From Acidimicrobiales bacterium (GTDB lineage Bacteria; Actinomycetota; Acidimicrobiia; Acidimicrobiales; VFJN01), in NCBI GenBank assembly GCA_045807565.1, contig JBJMHD010000125.1:22254-86253 (forward strand): 64,000 nt of DNA, in the 5' to 3' direction. Under the pieces are notes generated by a model. The model was not told where the DNA came from, made no database searches, and was given only the letters and a program-made list of their open reading frames with translations. Shown here piece after piece: positions 7,768-18,619 of this stretch (positions are counted from its first letter, which is position 1; every line of letters starts with the position of its first letter). The translations under genes were made by a program, and so were the position numbers.

Positions 7768-8214
7768 ATGAGCGACGCGGACGGCAACGGGCCCAACGCG
7801 ACCACCGACGCGCTGGCCGGCACGCAGTGGGAGATCGTGCGCGTGGCCGACGAGCCCGCCGACGCCAGCCACGGCCCGCTCCTCCTCTCCTTCGGTCACG
7901 ACGGGCGCGTGTCGGGCACCACCGGCGTGAACCAGCTCACCGCCAGCTACAGCCTCACCGCCGACTACCTCACGTTCGGACCGCTGGCCACCACGCGCCG
8001 GAGCGGCGACCCGGGCCAGATGGAGCAGGAGCACCGGCTGGTGCAGTCCCTCGCGGGCATGTGCCCCTTCCAGCTCACCGTCCACACCCTCACGATCGAG
8101 GGGCCGCTGGGGGTCGTCGAGCTGGTGACGACCACGCCGCTCCCCACAGCGGCGGTGGCGGAGGAGCGCAGCTACGCCGCCGAGCCCACCTCGGGGGACG
8201 AGGCCAGCGAGTAG
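7768..8214 (+). CDS. META domain (HslJ-like) protein
   Basis: LAGTQWEIVRV...LSFGHDGRVSGTTGVNQLTASYSL..DYLTFGPLATTRR, typical of META/DUF306. Start uncertain: ATG 7768 is preferred over the listed 7627, which would run through the structured region. Confidence 0.7.
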   Translation: MSDADGNGPNATTDALAGTQWEIVRVADEPADASHGPLLLSFGHDGRVSGTTGVNQLTASYSLTADYLTFGPLATTRRSGDPGQMEQEHRLVQSLAGMCPFQLTVHTLTIEGPLGVVELVTTTPLPTAAVAEERSYAAEPTSGDEASE

Positions 8215-9245
8215 AACTCGGCGAGGACGTCGGCGCCGCCCTCGTGCTGCAGGCACCAGTGCTCCACCTCGCCCAGCACCGCCTTGCGGGTCTGCTGGCG
8301 GCCGTCGCCGAGCGACTGCTCGAGGCCCCGGGCCCAGAGCGTGCCGATCATGTCGGCGCCCGAGTACGTGGTGCCGGAGGCGCCGACCCAGGTGCGATCC
8401 CGCATCTCGGTGAGGGCGGTCTTGAGGTACTCCACGTGCGGGGTCTCGTCGGCCCGGATGTAGGAGACGAGCTGCGCCGCCTCGCCGTCGCCGGCGACGA
8501 GTTCGGGGTCGGCCAGCCACTCCTCGGCCCAGGCGAAGGTGTGGAACGCCTGGATCTCGATGAGGAGGACCCGGATCATGAGGTTGGCGATCAGCTCGAG
8601 GTTGACGTCGATGTCGTCGGGCAGGGCCCGGGCCACGTCGATGCCTCCTGGGCCGCCGGGCTGACCGAAGCCCATGCGGGCGAGCATGGCGTCGATGTCG
8701 ATCTTGGCGGTGGGGTTCTCGAAGGCGACGTCGCGAGCGGCGAACCACATGTCCTTGTGGCCGGCCTCCTCCTCCCAGCCGGCCTCGTCGCGGCCGTGCG
8801 CCTCGAAGAGGCCCGTGCCCAGGTGGTCGATGGCCGTGCCCCGGACGTCCTCCTGGAAGTGCCGCTGCATGTCGCCCGGCTGGAGGAGCCGGATGTTGGC
8901 GCCGTAGCCCTCCACGGTGCCGATGCGGGTGAGGGTGGCGATCAGCGGCTCGGGGACGCCGGCGGTGATGAGGTGGCGGGCCTGGGCGACGTTGGGCATG
9001 TGCTCGGGCCAGGTGTCGAGGGGGATGTCCAGCATCTCCTCGCCGAACAGGGCCTGGTGCTGGGCTTGCCACGCCTCGATGCCGGGCACGCGGAACTTGG
9101 TGCGGGGGGAGACGTAGGCGCCGTCCTCGTCGAAGCCGCCATGGCACCGCACGCCGCCGACGATGAGCGGCTCGGCCATGGTGTGGTCGGCCAGCAGCTC
9201 GGCCTCGGTGAAGGTGACCTGGTCGGTGGTCGAGACCTCAGTCAA
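8172..9245 (-). CDS. conserved hypothetical protein, possibly ferritin-like/di-iron (function unknown)
   Basis: Only the C-terminal 357 aa of listed ORF 8172..10208 is real. TTG start at 9245 with aggggg 6-7 nt upstream. High GC3. Acidic and His-containing helical motifs (LFEAHGRDE, LLIEIQAFH, ADETPHVEYL). Confidence 0.65.
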   Translation of the reverse strand: MTEVSTTDQVTFTEAELLADHTMAEPLIVGGVRCHGGFDEDGAYVSPRTKFRVPGIEAWQAQHQALFGEEMLDIPLDTWPEHMPNVAQARHLITAGVPEPLIATLTRIGTVEGYGANIRLLQPGDMQRHFQEDVRGTAIDHLGTGLFEAHGRDEAGWEEEAGHKDMWFAARDVAFENPTAKIDIDAMLARMGFGQPGGPGGIDVARALPDDIDVNLELIANLMIRVLLIEIQAFHTFAWAEEWLADPELVAGDGEAAQLVSYIRADETPHVEYLKTALTEMRDRTWVGASGTTYSGADMIGTLWARGLEQSLGDGRQQTRKAVLGEVEHWCLQHEGGADVLAEFYSLASSPEVGSAA

Positions 9246-9288
9246 CGGGTGCCCCCTGTGCTCGGCGTGGCCCAACTGTAAGCCCGCC

Positions 9289-11493
9289 TCACGCGCGCTC
9301 CACCACCAGGTCCACGGACAGCACGTCGGCGCTGTGGCGGCCGACCTCGAAGGTGTAGGTCCCTGCCGGCAGCGCCCAGCCGCCGTCCTCCCACACCCGC
9401 AGACGGTCCCACGGGACCTCCACGACGACGTCGGCGCTCTGCCCGGCGTCGAGCTCGACGCGGCGGAAGCCGACCAGCCGCCGCGCCGGGCGGTCCGGGT
9501 CCGCCTTGCGGCCGGCGTACACCTGGAGGACGTCCGCGCCCGGGCGCTCGCCGGTGTTGGAGAGGCGGGCGGTGACGGTGACGGTGGTCGCGTCGGCGTC
9601 GGCCGTCGTGGCCCCGAGCACCCAGCTCGTGTACGACAGCCCGAAGCCGAACGGGAAGGCGGGAGCACGGCGGTCGCGGGCGAGCCGCCAGTAGCCGTGC
9701 CACCGGTCGTAGACCGCCGCCTCGGCGTCCCTGTCGAAGTCGGGGAGGTGGGCGGAGTCGGTGGGCACCGAGAACGGCAGCCGCCCAGTCGCGTCCACAC
9801 GGCCCAGGAGCACGTCGGCGAACCCGTGGCCGCCCTCCATCCCCGAGTACCAGACCTGGAGCATCGCGGGGACCGTCTGCCGCCATCCTTCGGTGAGCAC
9901 GGCGCTCCCGGCCACGAGGGCGACCACCGATCGCGGGGTGGCTGACGCGACCGCCGCGATGAGGGCTTCGTCGGCGTCGTGCAGCGTGAGGCGCTCCCGG
10001 TCGCCACCGGTGGAGAAGCCCAAGGCGTCGCCGCCGGGGATGGTGTCGGGGCGCGGGACGTGGTCGTCGGCGAGGCGAGCGTGGAACGCCTCGACCACGT
10101 CCAGCTCGTCCGCCTCCGGCATGAGGGCGGCGAGGTGCGAGGTGCCGGCCTGGCCGATGTACTCGCCCTCGTCGGCCCTGGTGTAACCCACCACGACGAT
10201 CGCCACATCGGCCGCGGCGGCGAGCTCCTTGGCGGCCTCGAGATCGGCTCCGTCAGCGAACCCGACCTCGGCGTGGGGCAGCGCGGCCCGCAGGCCAGCG
10301 AGGTGGGTGACCACGCTCGGGGCGTACACGTCGCTCGAGCCGCCGTCGCCGAGGTTGCGCGCGTCGGCCAGGTGCCCGATCACGGCCACCCGCGCGAGCG
10401 AGGTGGCATCGAGCGGCAGGAGCAGGTGGCCGTCGACGGGCTCGTTGCGGAGCAGCACGATGGCCTTGGTGGCGGCCTCGCGGGCCAGCGCCCGGTGCTC
10501 GGTCGAGGCGAGGACGTCCTCGCTCACCGGCGACCGGTCTCGGGTCGGGTCGGTGGCGTGGCGCAGCATCGCGGCCACCGTGTGGCCCGCGGCCCGCTCC
10601 ACCGCCCCCGCGTCCACCTCGCCGCGCTCCATCGCCGCTGCCAGGTTCTCGTAGCGGACCATGCGCGCGGGCATCTCGACGTCGAGGCCGGCGTTCACGG
10701 ACGCCGCCGCGTCCCGAAGCCCGAAGATCCAGTCGCTGATCACGAAGCCGTCGAAGTGCCAACGGTCACGGAGGATCTCGGTGAGCAACGTCGGGCTCTC
10801 ACCACACCACTCCCCGTTCACGGCGTTGTACGCGCTCATCACGCACGCGACGCCCTCGTCGACGATGCGCTTGAAGTGCGGCAGGTACACCTCGTGGAGG
10901 GCGGCCTCATCGACGCGCACGTCCACCTGGAAGCGGGCGTTCTCCATCGAGTTGCAGGCGAAGTGCTTCACGGTGGCCATCACGTGGCGCTGCACGCCAC
11001 GGGTGAGCGCGGCGCCCATCTCCCCGAGGTGGTGGGGGTCCTCGCCGTAGGTCTCCTGCGCTCGACCCCACGCCGGATGGCGCAGGGCGTTCACGCACAC
11101 GCCCCCGTACAGGTCGGCGCCGACGGCGCGCAGCTCGAGCCCGATCGCGTCGCCGATGCGCTCCTCGAGGTCGACGTCCCACGTCGCGCCGCGGGCCATC
11201 GTGACGGGGAAGGCGGTGGCGTTCCCGACGACGACCCCGCGGGGCCCGTCGCTGAACCGGAACCCCGGGACCCCCAACCGTTCCACCCGAGCAGCCAGGA
11301 AGGGACGGCGGTGGTACCCGCCCGTCCCCAGGTCGGCCATCCCCGCCCAGAAGGGGATGTCGCCGTCGAGGCACCAGCGGCGCTCGTCGTCGGTCATCTG
11401 GGCCACCAGGGCGGCGGCCCGGATGACCACGTCCTCGCCTGCGTGGACGGCGGCCACCGCGTCGTCCCACTCGGTCGCCATCCGCCGAAGCAT
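9289..11493 (-). CDS. glycoside hydrolase family 3 (beta-glucosidase/BglX-like), cytosolic
   Basis: [24 protein letters not shown] (nucleophile-Asp region), [19 protein letters not shown] and a C-terminal fibronectin-like domain. No signal peptide. The N-terminal 537 aa of listed ORF 9289..13107 is an artefact antisense to typA. Confidence 0.9.
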   Translation of the reverse strand: MLRRMATEWDDAVAAVHAGEDVVIRAAALVAQMTDDERRWCLDGDIPFWAGMADLGTGGYHRRPFLAARVERLGVPGFRFSDGPRGVVVGNATAFPVTMARGATWDVDLEERIGDAIGLELRAVGADLYGGVCVNALRHPAWGRAQETYGEDPHHLGEMGAALTRGVQRHVMATVKHFACNSMENARFQVDVRVDEAALHEVYLPHFKRIVDEGVACVMSAYNAVNGEWCGESPTLLTEILRDRWHFDGFVISDWIFGLRDAAASVNAGLDVEMPARMVRYENLAAAMERGEVDAGAVERAAGHTVAAMLRHATDPTRDRSPVSEDVLASTEHRALAREAATKAIVLLRNEPVDGHLLLPLDATSLARVAVIGHLADARNLGDGGSSDVYAPSVVTHLAGLRAALPHAEVGFADGADLEAAKELAAAADVAIVVVGYTRADEGEYIGQAGTSHLAALMPEADELDVVEAFHARLADDHVPRPDTIPGGDALGFSTGGDRERLTLHDADEALIAAVASATPRSVVALVAGSAVLTEGWRQTVPAMLQVWYSGMEGGHGFADVLLGRVDATGRLPFSVPTDSAHLPDFDRDAEAAVYDRWHGYWRLARDRRAPAFPFGFGLSYTSWVLGATTADADATTVTVTARLSNTGERPGADVLQVYAGRKADPDRPARRLVGFRRVELDAGQSADVVVEVPWDRLRVWEDGGWALPAGTYTFEVGRHSADVLSVDLVVERA

Positions 11494-11571
11494 GCACCAC
11501 CGGCCGGGTTCGTACGATGATCCGCCTCCCGCCGTAGGCTGTCGCGCCCCCCACAACCCGAAGGAACCCCA

Positions 11572-13419
11572 TTGGCCGTCCGCGAGGACCTCCGCAACGT
11601 GGCGATCGTGGCCCACGTCGACCACGGCAAGACCACGCTCGTCGACCAGATGCTCTGGCAGTCGGGGGCGTTCCGTGCCAACCAGGACGTGGCCGACCGC
11701 GTCATGGACTCGATGGACCTCGAGCGCGAGAAGGGCATCACCATCCTCGCCAAGAACACGTCGGTCACCTACGGCGACGTGCGAATCAACATCATCGACA
11801 CGCCGGGCCACGCCGACTTCGGCGGCGAGGTGGAGCGCGGGCTGTCGATGGTCGACGGCGTGCTGCTGCTCGTCGACGCATCGGAGGGGCCGTTGCCCCA
11901 GACGCGGTTCGTGCTCCGCAAGGCGCTCGAGGCCGACCTGCCCGTGGTGCTGGTGGTGAACAAGGTGGACCGCCCCGATGCCCGCATCGCCGAAGTGGTC
12001 CATGAGGTCGAGGAGCTGTTCCTCGACCTCGACGCCGAGGTGCACCAGCTCGACTTCCCGATCGTGTACTGCGTGTCGCGGGAGGGGCGGGCGTCGCTCG
12101 AGCGGCCCGCCGACGGTGCCGGGCTGCCCGAGGGCGACACCCTCACCCCGCTGTTCGAGCTGCTCCTGTCTCGGATCCCGGCCCCGACGTACGACCCCGA
12201 CGTGCCGCTCCAGGCGCTCGTCACCAACCTCGACGCCTCGCCGTACGTCGGCCGGCTCGCGCTCTGCCGGGTCGTCAACGGCACCCTCCGCAAGGGCCAA
12301 CCGGTGGCGTGGTGCCGCACCGACGGCACGATCGAGCGGGCCAAGCTCACCGAGCTGTACCTCACCGAGGAGCTCGAGCGCGTCCCCGCCGAGGAGGCCG
12401 GGCCCGGCGAGATCGTCGCCATCGCCGGCATCCCGGAGATCACGATCGGCGAGACCCTCGCCGACCCCGACGACCCGCAGCCGCTCCCGGTGATCCACAT
12501 CGACGAGCCGAGCCTGTCGATGACCATCGGCATCAACACCTCGCCGCTCGCGGGCAAGGAGGGGACGCAGCTGACGGCACGGCTCGTGAAGGCGCGCCTG
12601 GACCGCGAGCTGGTGGGCAACGTGTCCATCCGCGTGCTCCCGACCGAGCGGCCCGACACCTGGGAGGTGCAGGGCCGCGGCGAGCTCCAGCTCGCGGTGC
12701 TGGTCGAGATGATGCGGCGCGAGGGGTTCGAGCTCACGGTCGGCAAGCCACAGGTGCTCACGAAGGAGGTCGACGGCAAGGTGCACGAGCCCGTCGATCG
12801 CCTCACCATCGACGTGCCCGAGGACTACCTCGGTGTCGTCACGCAGCTCCTCGCGCTGCGCAAGGGCCGCATGGAGCAGATCATCAACCACGGCACCGGC
12901 TGGGTGCGGATGGAGTACCTCATCCCGGCTCGCGGTCTCATCGGGTTCCGCACCGAGTTCGTCACCGAGACCCGTGGCACCGGACTCCTCCACCACGTGT
13001 TCGAGCGCATGGAGCCGTGGGCCGGGGAGATCAAGGGTCGACCCAACGGCTCGCTGGTCGCCGACCGGATCGGCCCCACGACCGGGTTCGCGCTCACGGC
13101 GCTCCAAGACCGCGGCGTGATGTTCGTGGGACCCGGCGTGCCCGTCTACGAGGGGATGATCGTCGGCGAGAACAGCCGCGCCGACGACATGGACATCAAC
13201 CCCACCAAGGAGAAGAAGCTCAACAACATCCGCTCGTCCACCGCGGAGGCCTTCGAGAAGCTCATCCCGCCGCGCACGCTGTCACTCGAGCAAGCACTCG
13301 AGATGATCGCCGAGGACGAGTGCGTCGAGGTCACCCCCAGCAGCGTCCGTCTCCGCAAGGTCGTGCTCGACCAGACGACGAGAGCAAGGTCGGCGAAGCG
13401 TTCGAAGACGGCGACCTAG
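11572..13419 (+). CDS. typA: translational GTPase TypA/BipA
   Basis: [17 protein letters not shown] (G1), [12 protein letters not shown] (G3), NKVDR (G4). 615 aa. TTG start with gaagga RBS. Confidence 0.97.
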   Translation: MAVREDLRNVAIVAHVDHGKTTLVDQMLWQSGAFRANQDVADRVMDSMDLEREKGITILAKNTSVTYGDVRINIIDTPGHADFGGEVERGLSMVDGVLLLVDASEGPLPQTRFVLRKALEADLPVVLVVNKVDRPDARIAEVVHEVEELFLDLDAEVHQLDFPIVYCVSREGRASLERPADGAGLPEGDTLTPLFELLLSRIPAPTYDPDVPLQALVTNLDASPYVGRLALCRVVNGTLRKGQPVAWCRTDGTIERAKLTELYLTEELERVPAEEAGPGEIVAIAGIPEITIGETLADPDDPQPLPVIHIDEPSLSMTIGINTSPLAGKEGTQLTARLVKARLDRELVGNVSIRVLPTERPDTWEVQGRGELQLAVLVEMMRREGFELTVGKPQVLTKEVDGKVHEPVDRLTIDVPEDYLGVVTQLLALRKGRMEQIINHGTGWVRMEYLIPARGLIGFRTEFVTETRGTGLLHHVFERMEPWAGEIKGRPNGSLVADRIGPTTGFALTALQDRGVMFVGPGVPVYEGMIVGENSRADDMDINPTKEKKLNNIRSSTAEAFEKLIPPRTLSLEQALEMIAEDECVEVTPSSVRLRKVVLDQTTRARSAKRSKTAT

Positions 13420-14315
13420 AAGTACCAGGGGAACTCGGAGAAGTCGGGGTCGCGCTTCTCGAGGAAGGCGTCGCGGCCCTCCTGGGCCTCGTCGGTCATG
13501 TACGCCAGGCGGGTGGCCTCGCCGGCGAACACCTGCTGGCCCACCAAGCCGTCGTCGATGAGGTTGAAGGAGTACTTCAGCATCCGCTGGGCCGTCGGGC
13601 TCTTGGCGTTGATCAGCCGCGCCCACTCGAGGGCAGTGCCCTCGAGCTCGGTGTGCGGGACCGCCGCGTTGACGACTCCCATCTGGAAGCCCTCCGCGGC
13701 GGAGTACTCCTGCCCGAGGAAGAAGATCTGCCGCGCGAACTTCTGACCGACCTGGCGAGCCAGGTACGCAGAGCCGAAGCCCCCGTCGAACGAGCCGACG
13801 TCGGCGTCGGTCTGCTTGAAGCGGGCGTGCTCAGCCGACGCCAGGGTGAGGTCGGACACCACGTGGAGGCTGTGGCCACCGCCCGCCGCCCATCCCGGGA
13901 CCACGCAGATCACCACCTTGGGCATGAAGCGGATGAGGCGCTGCACCTCGAGGATGTGGAGCCGACCGGTCTTGCCCGGATCGATCGTGTCGGCAGTGTC
14001 GCCCTCGGCGTACCGGTAGCCGTCCTTGCCGCGGAAGCGCTGGTCGCCGCCGGAGCAGAACGCCCAACCGCCGTCCCGGGGCGACGGGCCGTTGCCGGTG
14101 AGGAGCACGCACCCCACGTCGGTGGTCTGCCGGGCGTGGTCGAGCACCCGGTAGAGCTCGTCGACCGTGCTCGGGCGGAAGGCGTTGCGGACCTCCGGCC
14201 GGTCGAAGGCGACGCGCACCGTGCCGTGGGCCTTGGCGCGGTGGTAGGTGATGTCCTCGAGGTCGAACCCCGGCACGGGATCCCACGCCTCGGCGTCGAA
14301 CAGCTCGGAGACCAT
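13416..14315 (-). CDS. menB: 1,4-dihydroxy-2-naphthoyl-CoA synthase
   Basis: 299 aa crotonase fold with MenB-specific [15 protein letters not shown] and a C-terminal [10 protein letters not shown]-type tail. Confidence 0.95.
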   Translation of the reverse strand: MVSELFDAEAWDPVPGFDLEDITYHRAKAHGTVRVAFDRPEVRNAFRPSTVDELYRVLDHARQTTDVGCVLLTGNGPSPRDGGWAFCSGGDQRFRGKDGYRYAEGDTADTIDPGKTGRLHILEVQRLIRFMPKVVICVVPGWAAGGGHSLHVVSDLTLASAEHARFKQTDADVGSFDGGFGSAYLARQVGQKFARQIFFLGQEYSAAEGFQMGVVNAAVPHTELEGTALEWARLINAKSPTAQRMLKYSFNLIDDGLVGQQVFAGEATRLAYMTDEAQEGRDAFLEKRDPDFSEFPWYF

Positions 14316-14357
14316 GAGGTACGAAGGTAGGGGGTCGGTTCCGCTAGAACCTCACCC

Positions 14358-14783
14358 GTGGATGCTGTCCTGATCTACGAGAGCCTCACCGGGAACACGG
14401 CGAAGGCGGGCAAGGCGATCGCCGCCGCCCTCACCGCCGAGGGCCTGCCCACCCAGGCGTTCCCGATCAAGGACATCGACTACCAGGCGCTGTCCCGGGC
14501 CGAGCTGGTGATCGTGGGGAGCTGGGTGGACGGGCTGGTGCTCGTGGGCCAGCGGCCGGGCCGCCTCGGGCGCATCAAGGGGATGCCCGCCCTCGCCGGC
14601 AAGCGGGCCGTGGTGTACCTCACCTACGCCATCGACGCCGGCAAGGCGCTCCAGAAGATGTCAGACGCGGTGACGGCACGGGGCGCCGAGGTGCTCGGCG
14701 GCCAGCTGATCCGGCGGGACAAGCTCGACGAGGGCGTGGCCGACTTCGTCGACCGCGTCCTGCAGGTCACCAGCGCCGCCTGA
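14358..14783 (+). CDS. flavodoxin-like domain protein
   Basis: 141 aa. VLIYESLTGNTAKAG (flavodoxin phosphate-binding T/S-x-T-G-x-T region). Confidence 0.75.
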   Translation: MDAVLIYESLTGNTAKAGKAIAAALTAEGLPTQAFPIKDIDYQALSRAELVIVGSWVDGLVLVGQRPGRLGRIKGMPALAGKRAVVYLTYAIDAGKALQKMSDAVTARGAEVLGGQLIRRDKLDEGVADFVDRVLQVTSAA

Positions 14784-14802
14784 GCCGCGGCGCGCCGAGC
14801 CG

Positions 14803-15222
14803 TCAGTCGTTCCACGGGCCGACGCCCGTGATGCTCTCCACCTTGATGCGCACGACCGACCCGGGCGGCGGGTCGTCGACGGGTGGGAACTTCACGTCGG
14901 GCCCGAGGTGCACGTGGGCGAGCTCCTGGAGGAGCTCAGCCGCGCCTCCGGTCTCCACGGTGGCGGTGCCCTGGATCACGAGGTACTCGCGCATGCCGAT
15001 GGCGTTGGCACCCGGCGCCTCGACCGACAGCGCGATCCGCGGGTCTCGCTCGAGGTTGCGCAGCTTGCGCCACGGGCCGAGCGACCCGAACACGACGTCG
15101 TCGCCGTCGGTCTTCACCCACACGCAGGTGACGTGCGGGGAGCCGTCGGCGTTCATGGTGACGACGTGGGCGAGGTGGGGGCCGTCGAGGACCTCACGGG
15201 CGGGGTCGGGGAGCGCGACCAT
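14803..15222 (-). CDS. pyridoxamine 5'-phosphate oxidase family / PPOX-class probable F420-dependent enzyme
   Basis: 139 aa. LAHVVTMNADGSPHVTCVWV...RKLRNLERDPRIALSV, typical of actinobacterial PPOX-class proteins. Confidence 0.8.
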   Translation of the reverse strand: MVALPDPAREVLDGPHLAHVVTMNADGSPHVTCVWVKTDGDDVVFGSLGPWRKLRNLERDPRIALSVEAPGANAIGMREYLVIQGTATVETGGAAELLQELAHVHLGPDVKFPPVDDPPPGSVVRIKVESITGVGPWND

Positions 15223-15244
15223 GCCGGCAGGGTAGAACGGCCGG

Positions 15245-16702
15245 GTGCCGCTTCCTCGCTACGTCATCGACGCGCAGGCTCCCGAGCTCGTGGCGGGGCT
15301 GGCACGCATCCGGGAGGAGCTCGACGTGCCCGGACCGCCGCCGGCGCCCGCGCTGGCCGAGGCGGAGGCGGCGGCCGGCCGCGTCCTCGCCGGCCTCGAC
15401 CAGAGCATCGGACGGGAGCGGGTGGACGCCCGCCAGTGGGAGCTCATCACCATCGACCCGCCCGGGAGCCGTGACCTCGACCAGGCCCTCCACCTCGAGC
15501 GTCGGCGCGGTGGCGGCTGCCGCGTGCGGTACGCCATCGCCGACGTCGCCGCCTTCGTGGTCCCCGGGGGCCCGCTCGACCTGGAGGTGTGGGAGCGGGG
15601 GGTCACCTTCTACCTCCCCGATGGGCGCGCGCCCCTGCACCCGCCGCTGCTCGGTGAGGGTGCGGCGAGCCTGCTCCCGGACGAGGACCGCCCCGCGCTG
15701 CTCTGGACGATCGAGCTCGACGATGCTGGAGCCGTCACGGGCGAGGCCCGACTCGAGCGGGCCGTGGTCCGCAGCCGCGCCCAGCGCACCTACGCGGACG
15801 TGCAGGGTGCCGTCGACGCGGGCACGGCCAGCTCCGTGGAGAAGCTGTTGGCCGAGGTCGGTCCGCGGCGGCAGGAGATCGAAGCGGCGCGCGGAGGCGT
15901 GAGCCTCGACCTGCCGACCCAGCGCGTCACCACCGACGACGGCGGGTACCGACTCGAGCGAGAGCACGTGGTCCCGGCGATGGGCTGGAACGCCCAGCTC
16001 TCGCTGCTCGCGGGGATGACTGCCGGCGACACGATGCTCCGCGCCGGGGTGGGCCTGCTGCGCACGCTGCCGCCACCGCACGACGAGGTGCTGCGAACGG
16101 TGCGCCGAACGGCCCGCGCCTTGGGCGTCGACTGGCCCGACGGCACGACCTACCAGGAGCGCGTGCGCACGCTGGACAGCGACGTCCCCGAGGAGGCGGC
16201 GCTGCTGCTCCTCGCCGCCCGGGGCCTCCGTGGCGCCGGCTACCTCGCCCTCGTCCCGGGCGAGCCGCCGCCCGCCGGCGACGAGGCGCGGCACGCCGCC
16301 ATCGCCGCGACCTACGCCCACGTGACCGCACCCCTGCGGCGCCTGGCGGACCGCTACGCGAACGAGGTGTGCGTCGCCCTCTTCGCCGGGCGGGGCGTCG
16401 CGCCCGAGATCAGCGAGCGCCTCCCCGACCTGCCGAAGGCGATGGCGAAGGCGAACGGGCGCGAAGGGGCCGTCGCCCGCGCCGTGATCGACCTCGTCGA
16501 AGCGCTCCTCCTCCGATCGAGCGTCGGGTCGTCGCTCCGCGGCACGGTGGTCGCCACGGGCGAGGGCCGATCCACCCTCGTCCTGCCCGACCCTGCCGTC
16601 CAGACGGAGATCGCCCAGGAGCTGCCGCTGGGCGAGGACGTCGAGGTGCGGGTCGTCGCCGCTGACGCGTCCACCCGGTCCGTCGTCCTCGAACCGGTGT
16701 GA
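15245..16702 (+). CDS. RNB-domain ribonuclease (RNase II/R family)
   Basis: 485 aa. TIDPPGSRDLDQALH, YAIADVAAFV and the HPPLLGEGAASLLPDE motifs of the RNB catalytic domain. Confidence 0.85.
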   Translation: MPLPRYVIDAQAPELVAGLARIREELDVPGPPPAPALAEAEAAAGRVLAGLDQSIGRERVDARQWELITIDPPGSRDLDQALHLERRRGGGCRVRYAIADVAAFVVPGGPLDLEVWERGVTFYLPDGRAPLHPPLLGEGAASLLPDEDRPALLWTIELDDAGAVTGEARLERAVVRSRAQRTYADVQGAVDAGTASSVEKLLAEVGPRRQEIEAARGGVSLDLPTQRVTTDDGGYRLEREHVVPAMGWNAQLSLLAGMTAGDTMLRAGVGLLRTLPPPHDEVLRTVRRTARALGVDWPDGTTYQERVRTLDSDVPEEAALLLLAARGLRGAGYLALVPGEPPPAGDEARHAAIAATYAHVTAPLRRLADRYANEVCVALFAGRGVAPEISERLPDLPKAMAKANGREGAVARAVIDLVEALLLRSSVGSSLRGTVVATGEGRSTLVLPDPAVQTEIAQELPLGEDVEVRVVAADASTRSVVLEPV

Positions 16703-18072
16703 TGCTCGGCCCAGCCGCGCTCGACGCGCTCCGTGGTGCTGTCGGCGCGCCGCGCGTCGTGACGGACCCAGACCAGCGGGCGACCCACGAGACGGACTGG
16801 ACCCGGCGGTGGCGGGGCGACGCCGGTGCGGTGGTCCGTCCGGCCACGACGGCGGAGGTCCAGGCCGTCATCCAGGCCGCTCGCCGCCACCGGTTCGCGC
16901 TCGTCCCGCAGGGTGGCAACACCGGGCTCGTGGGCGGGGCGGTGCCGACCGGCGGCGCGGTCGTCGTCGACCTCCGTGGCCTCGATGACCTCGAGCCGGT
17001 GGACGTCGCCGCCGCCCAGGTGACGGTGGGCGCAGGCGTGGCGCTGGCACGGCTCCAGGCGCACGTCGCACCGCACGGGCTCGAGGTTCCGGTCGACCTC
17101 GCCGCGCGCGACACCGCCACGATCGGCGGGATGGTCGCCACCAACGCCGGCGGCACCCACGTGATCCGCCATGGGTCGATGCGGGCCCAGCTCCTCGGCC
17201 TGGAGGCCGTGCTCGGCAACGGCGACGTCGTCCGGTCCAACCTCGCTGGCCTCCTGAAGGACAACACCGGCTACGACCTCGCCGGCCTGCTGTGCGGCAG
17301 CGAGGGCACGCTCGGGATCGTCACCCGCGCGCGGCTGCGGTTGGCGGTCGCTCCCGCCGAGCGAGTCGTGCTGCTGGTCGGGTTCGCGTCGGTCGAGGAC
17401 GCCGTGGCCGTGCTCCCGCGGCTCCGGGCGCGAGCCGGGCTCGCCGCCGTGGAGATGATGCGGGGCGACGGTGTCGCCCTGGTCGCCGAGCACCTGGGAG
17501 CGACCTTCCCGCTCCAGCCGGTCCCTCCGTGCACCCTGCTGGTCGAGCTGGTCGGCGACCACACCGAGGCCGATCTCGCCGCGCTGGTGGCGACGGCCGG
17601 TGTCGTGGATGCGGCGACGGCGGTGGCGACCGATGCGGTGGGGCAGGCGGCGCTGTGGCGCTGGCGGGAAGCGCACCCGGAGGCGGCGGCCGCGCATGGC
17701 GTGGTGCACAAGGCCGACGTCACGGTGCCCGTCGACGGCCTTGCCGCGCTCAGCGGACGGGTGGACGCGGTGGTCGAACGCGTCGCCCCCGGCGCGCGCA
17801 CGATCGTGTACGGGCACCTGGCCGACGGCAACCTCCACGTGAACATCGTGGGACCGACCACCGACGACGAGCGTCCGGTCGACGCGGTGCTCGAGCTGGT
17901 GCTCGAGCTGGGCGGCAGCGTGAGCGCCGAGCACGGCATCGGCACGGCGAAGCGGGCATGGCTCGAGCGACAGCGGGGCGCCTCCGTGGTCGCCGCCATG
18001 CGCGCCGTGAAGGCGGCGCTCGACCCCGATGGCATCCTGAACCCCGGCGTGCTCCTGCCGGACGCGCCCTAG
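16699..18072 (+). CDS. FAD-linked oxidase (GlcD / D-2-hydroxyacid dehydrogenase-like)
   Basis: 457 aa. VPQGGNTGLVGGAVP (FAD_binding_4) and C-terminal GSVSAEHGIGTAKR. Start GTG 16699 or ATG 16702, overlapping the upstream stop. Confidence 0.9.
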   Translation: MMLGPAALDALRGAVGAPRVVTDPDQRATHETDWTRRWRGDAGAVVRPATTAEVQAVIQAARRHRFALVPQGGNTGLVGGAVPTGGAVVVDLRGLDDLEPVDVAAAQVTVGAGVALARLQAHVAPHGLEVPVDLAARDTATIGGMVATNAGGTHVIRHGSMRAQLLGLEAVLGNGDVVRSNLAGLLKDNTGYDLAGLLCGSEGTLGIVTRARLRLAVAPAERVVLLVGFASVEDAVAVLPRLRARAGLAAVEMMRGDGVALVAEHLGATFPLQPVPPCTLLVELVGDHTEADLAALVATAGVVDAATAVATDAVGQAALWRWREAHPEAAAAHGVVHKADVTVPVDGLAALSGRVDAVVERVAPGARTIVYGHLADGNLHVNIVGPTTDDERPVDAVLELVLELGGSVSAEHGIGTAKRAWLERQRGASVVAAMRAVKAALDPDGILNPGVLLPDAP

Positions 18073-18566
18073 CCCTGGTCGAGGAACCGGGCGATCGCCT
18101 CGGCCTGGGCGAGCCGCCACCGGGCGACGGCGTCGCCCGGTGGGAGCGACCGGACCTCCGCCAGCAGCGGAGCGAAGGCCTTCTGCTGGGCGGCCCGGAG
18201 CCGACGGGTGGAGCGCCCGGCCCGCTCGAGGAGCAGCAGCTTGGCGAGCAGCACCGCCCGCACGTCACGGAAGCGGGGGACCGGTGTCCGCAGCCACCCC
18301 GCGAGCGCGGTGCGTCCGTCGTCGGTGAGCTCGTGGACCGTCCGCTGCGGCCCACGGCCGGGTTCGGTGCGCACGGGTGCCACGAGCCCCTCGAGGGCCA
18401 GCTGGTCGATGGCCCGGTAGGTGAGGGGCCGGCTGGCGGACCACACCCGGCCCACCTCACCACCGGGGGCGAGGAGGCGAGCGATCGCGAACCCGTGGGC
18501 GGGCGCTTCAGCGAGGAGCCCCAGCACGACCCACTCGGTGAGGGGTCGCTCGCGCTCGGACGGCAT
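18069..18566 (-). CDS. PadR family transcriptional regulator
   Basis: 165 aa. VVLGLLAEAPAHGFAI...YRAIDQLALEGLV...ELTDDGRTAL winged-helix pattern. Confidence 0.9.
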   Translation of the reverse strand: MPSERERPLTEWVVLGLLAEAPAHGFAIARLLAPGGEVGRVWSASRPLTYRAIDQLALEGLVAPVRTEPGRGPQRTVHELTDDGRTALAGWLRTPVPRFRDVRAVLLAKLLLLERAGRSTRRLRAAQQKAFAPLLAEVRSLPPGDAVARWRLAQAEAIARFLDQG

Positions 18567-18591
18567 GGGTGCATTCGATCATGCCCGCCTG

Positions 18592-18610
18592 GTAGTCAGC
18601 GAGTGACTAC
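18592..18610. promoter_or_regulatory. palindromic candidate operator in the padR-modA divergent region
   Basis: GTAGTCA-gcgag-TGACTAC. Perfect 7-bp inverted repeat, 10 nt upstream of the modA ATG and 26 nt from the padR start. Confidence 0.35.
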
Positions 18611-18619
18611 TCTGCGGCG

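Noticed and set aside
18567-18619. Molybdenum-cofactor riboswitch upstream of modA
   Set aside because: The whole intergenic region is 53 bp, far too short for the ~130-nt Moco RNA motif. A protein operator is more likely.
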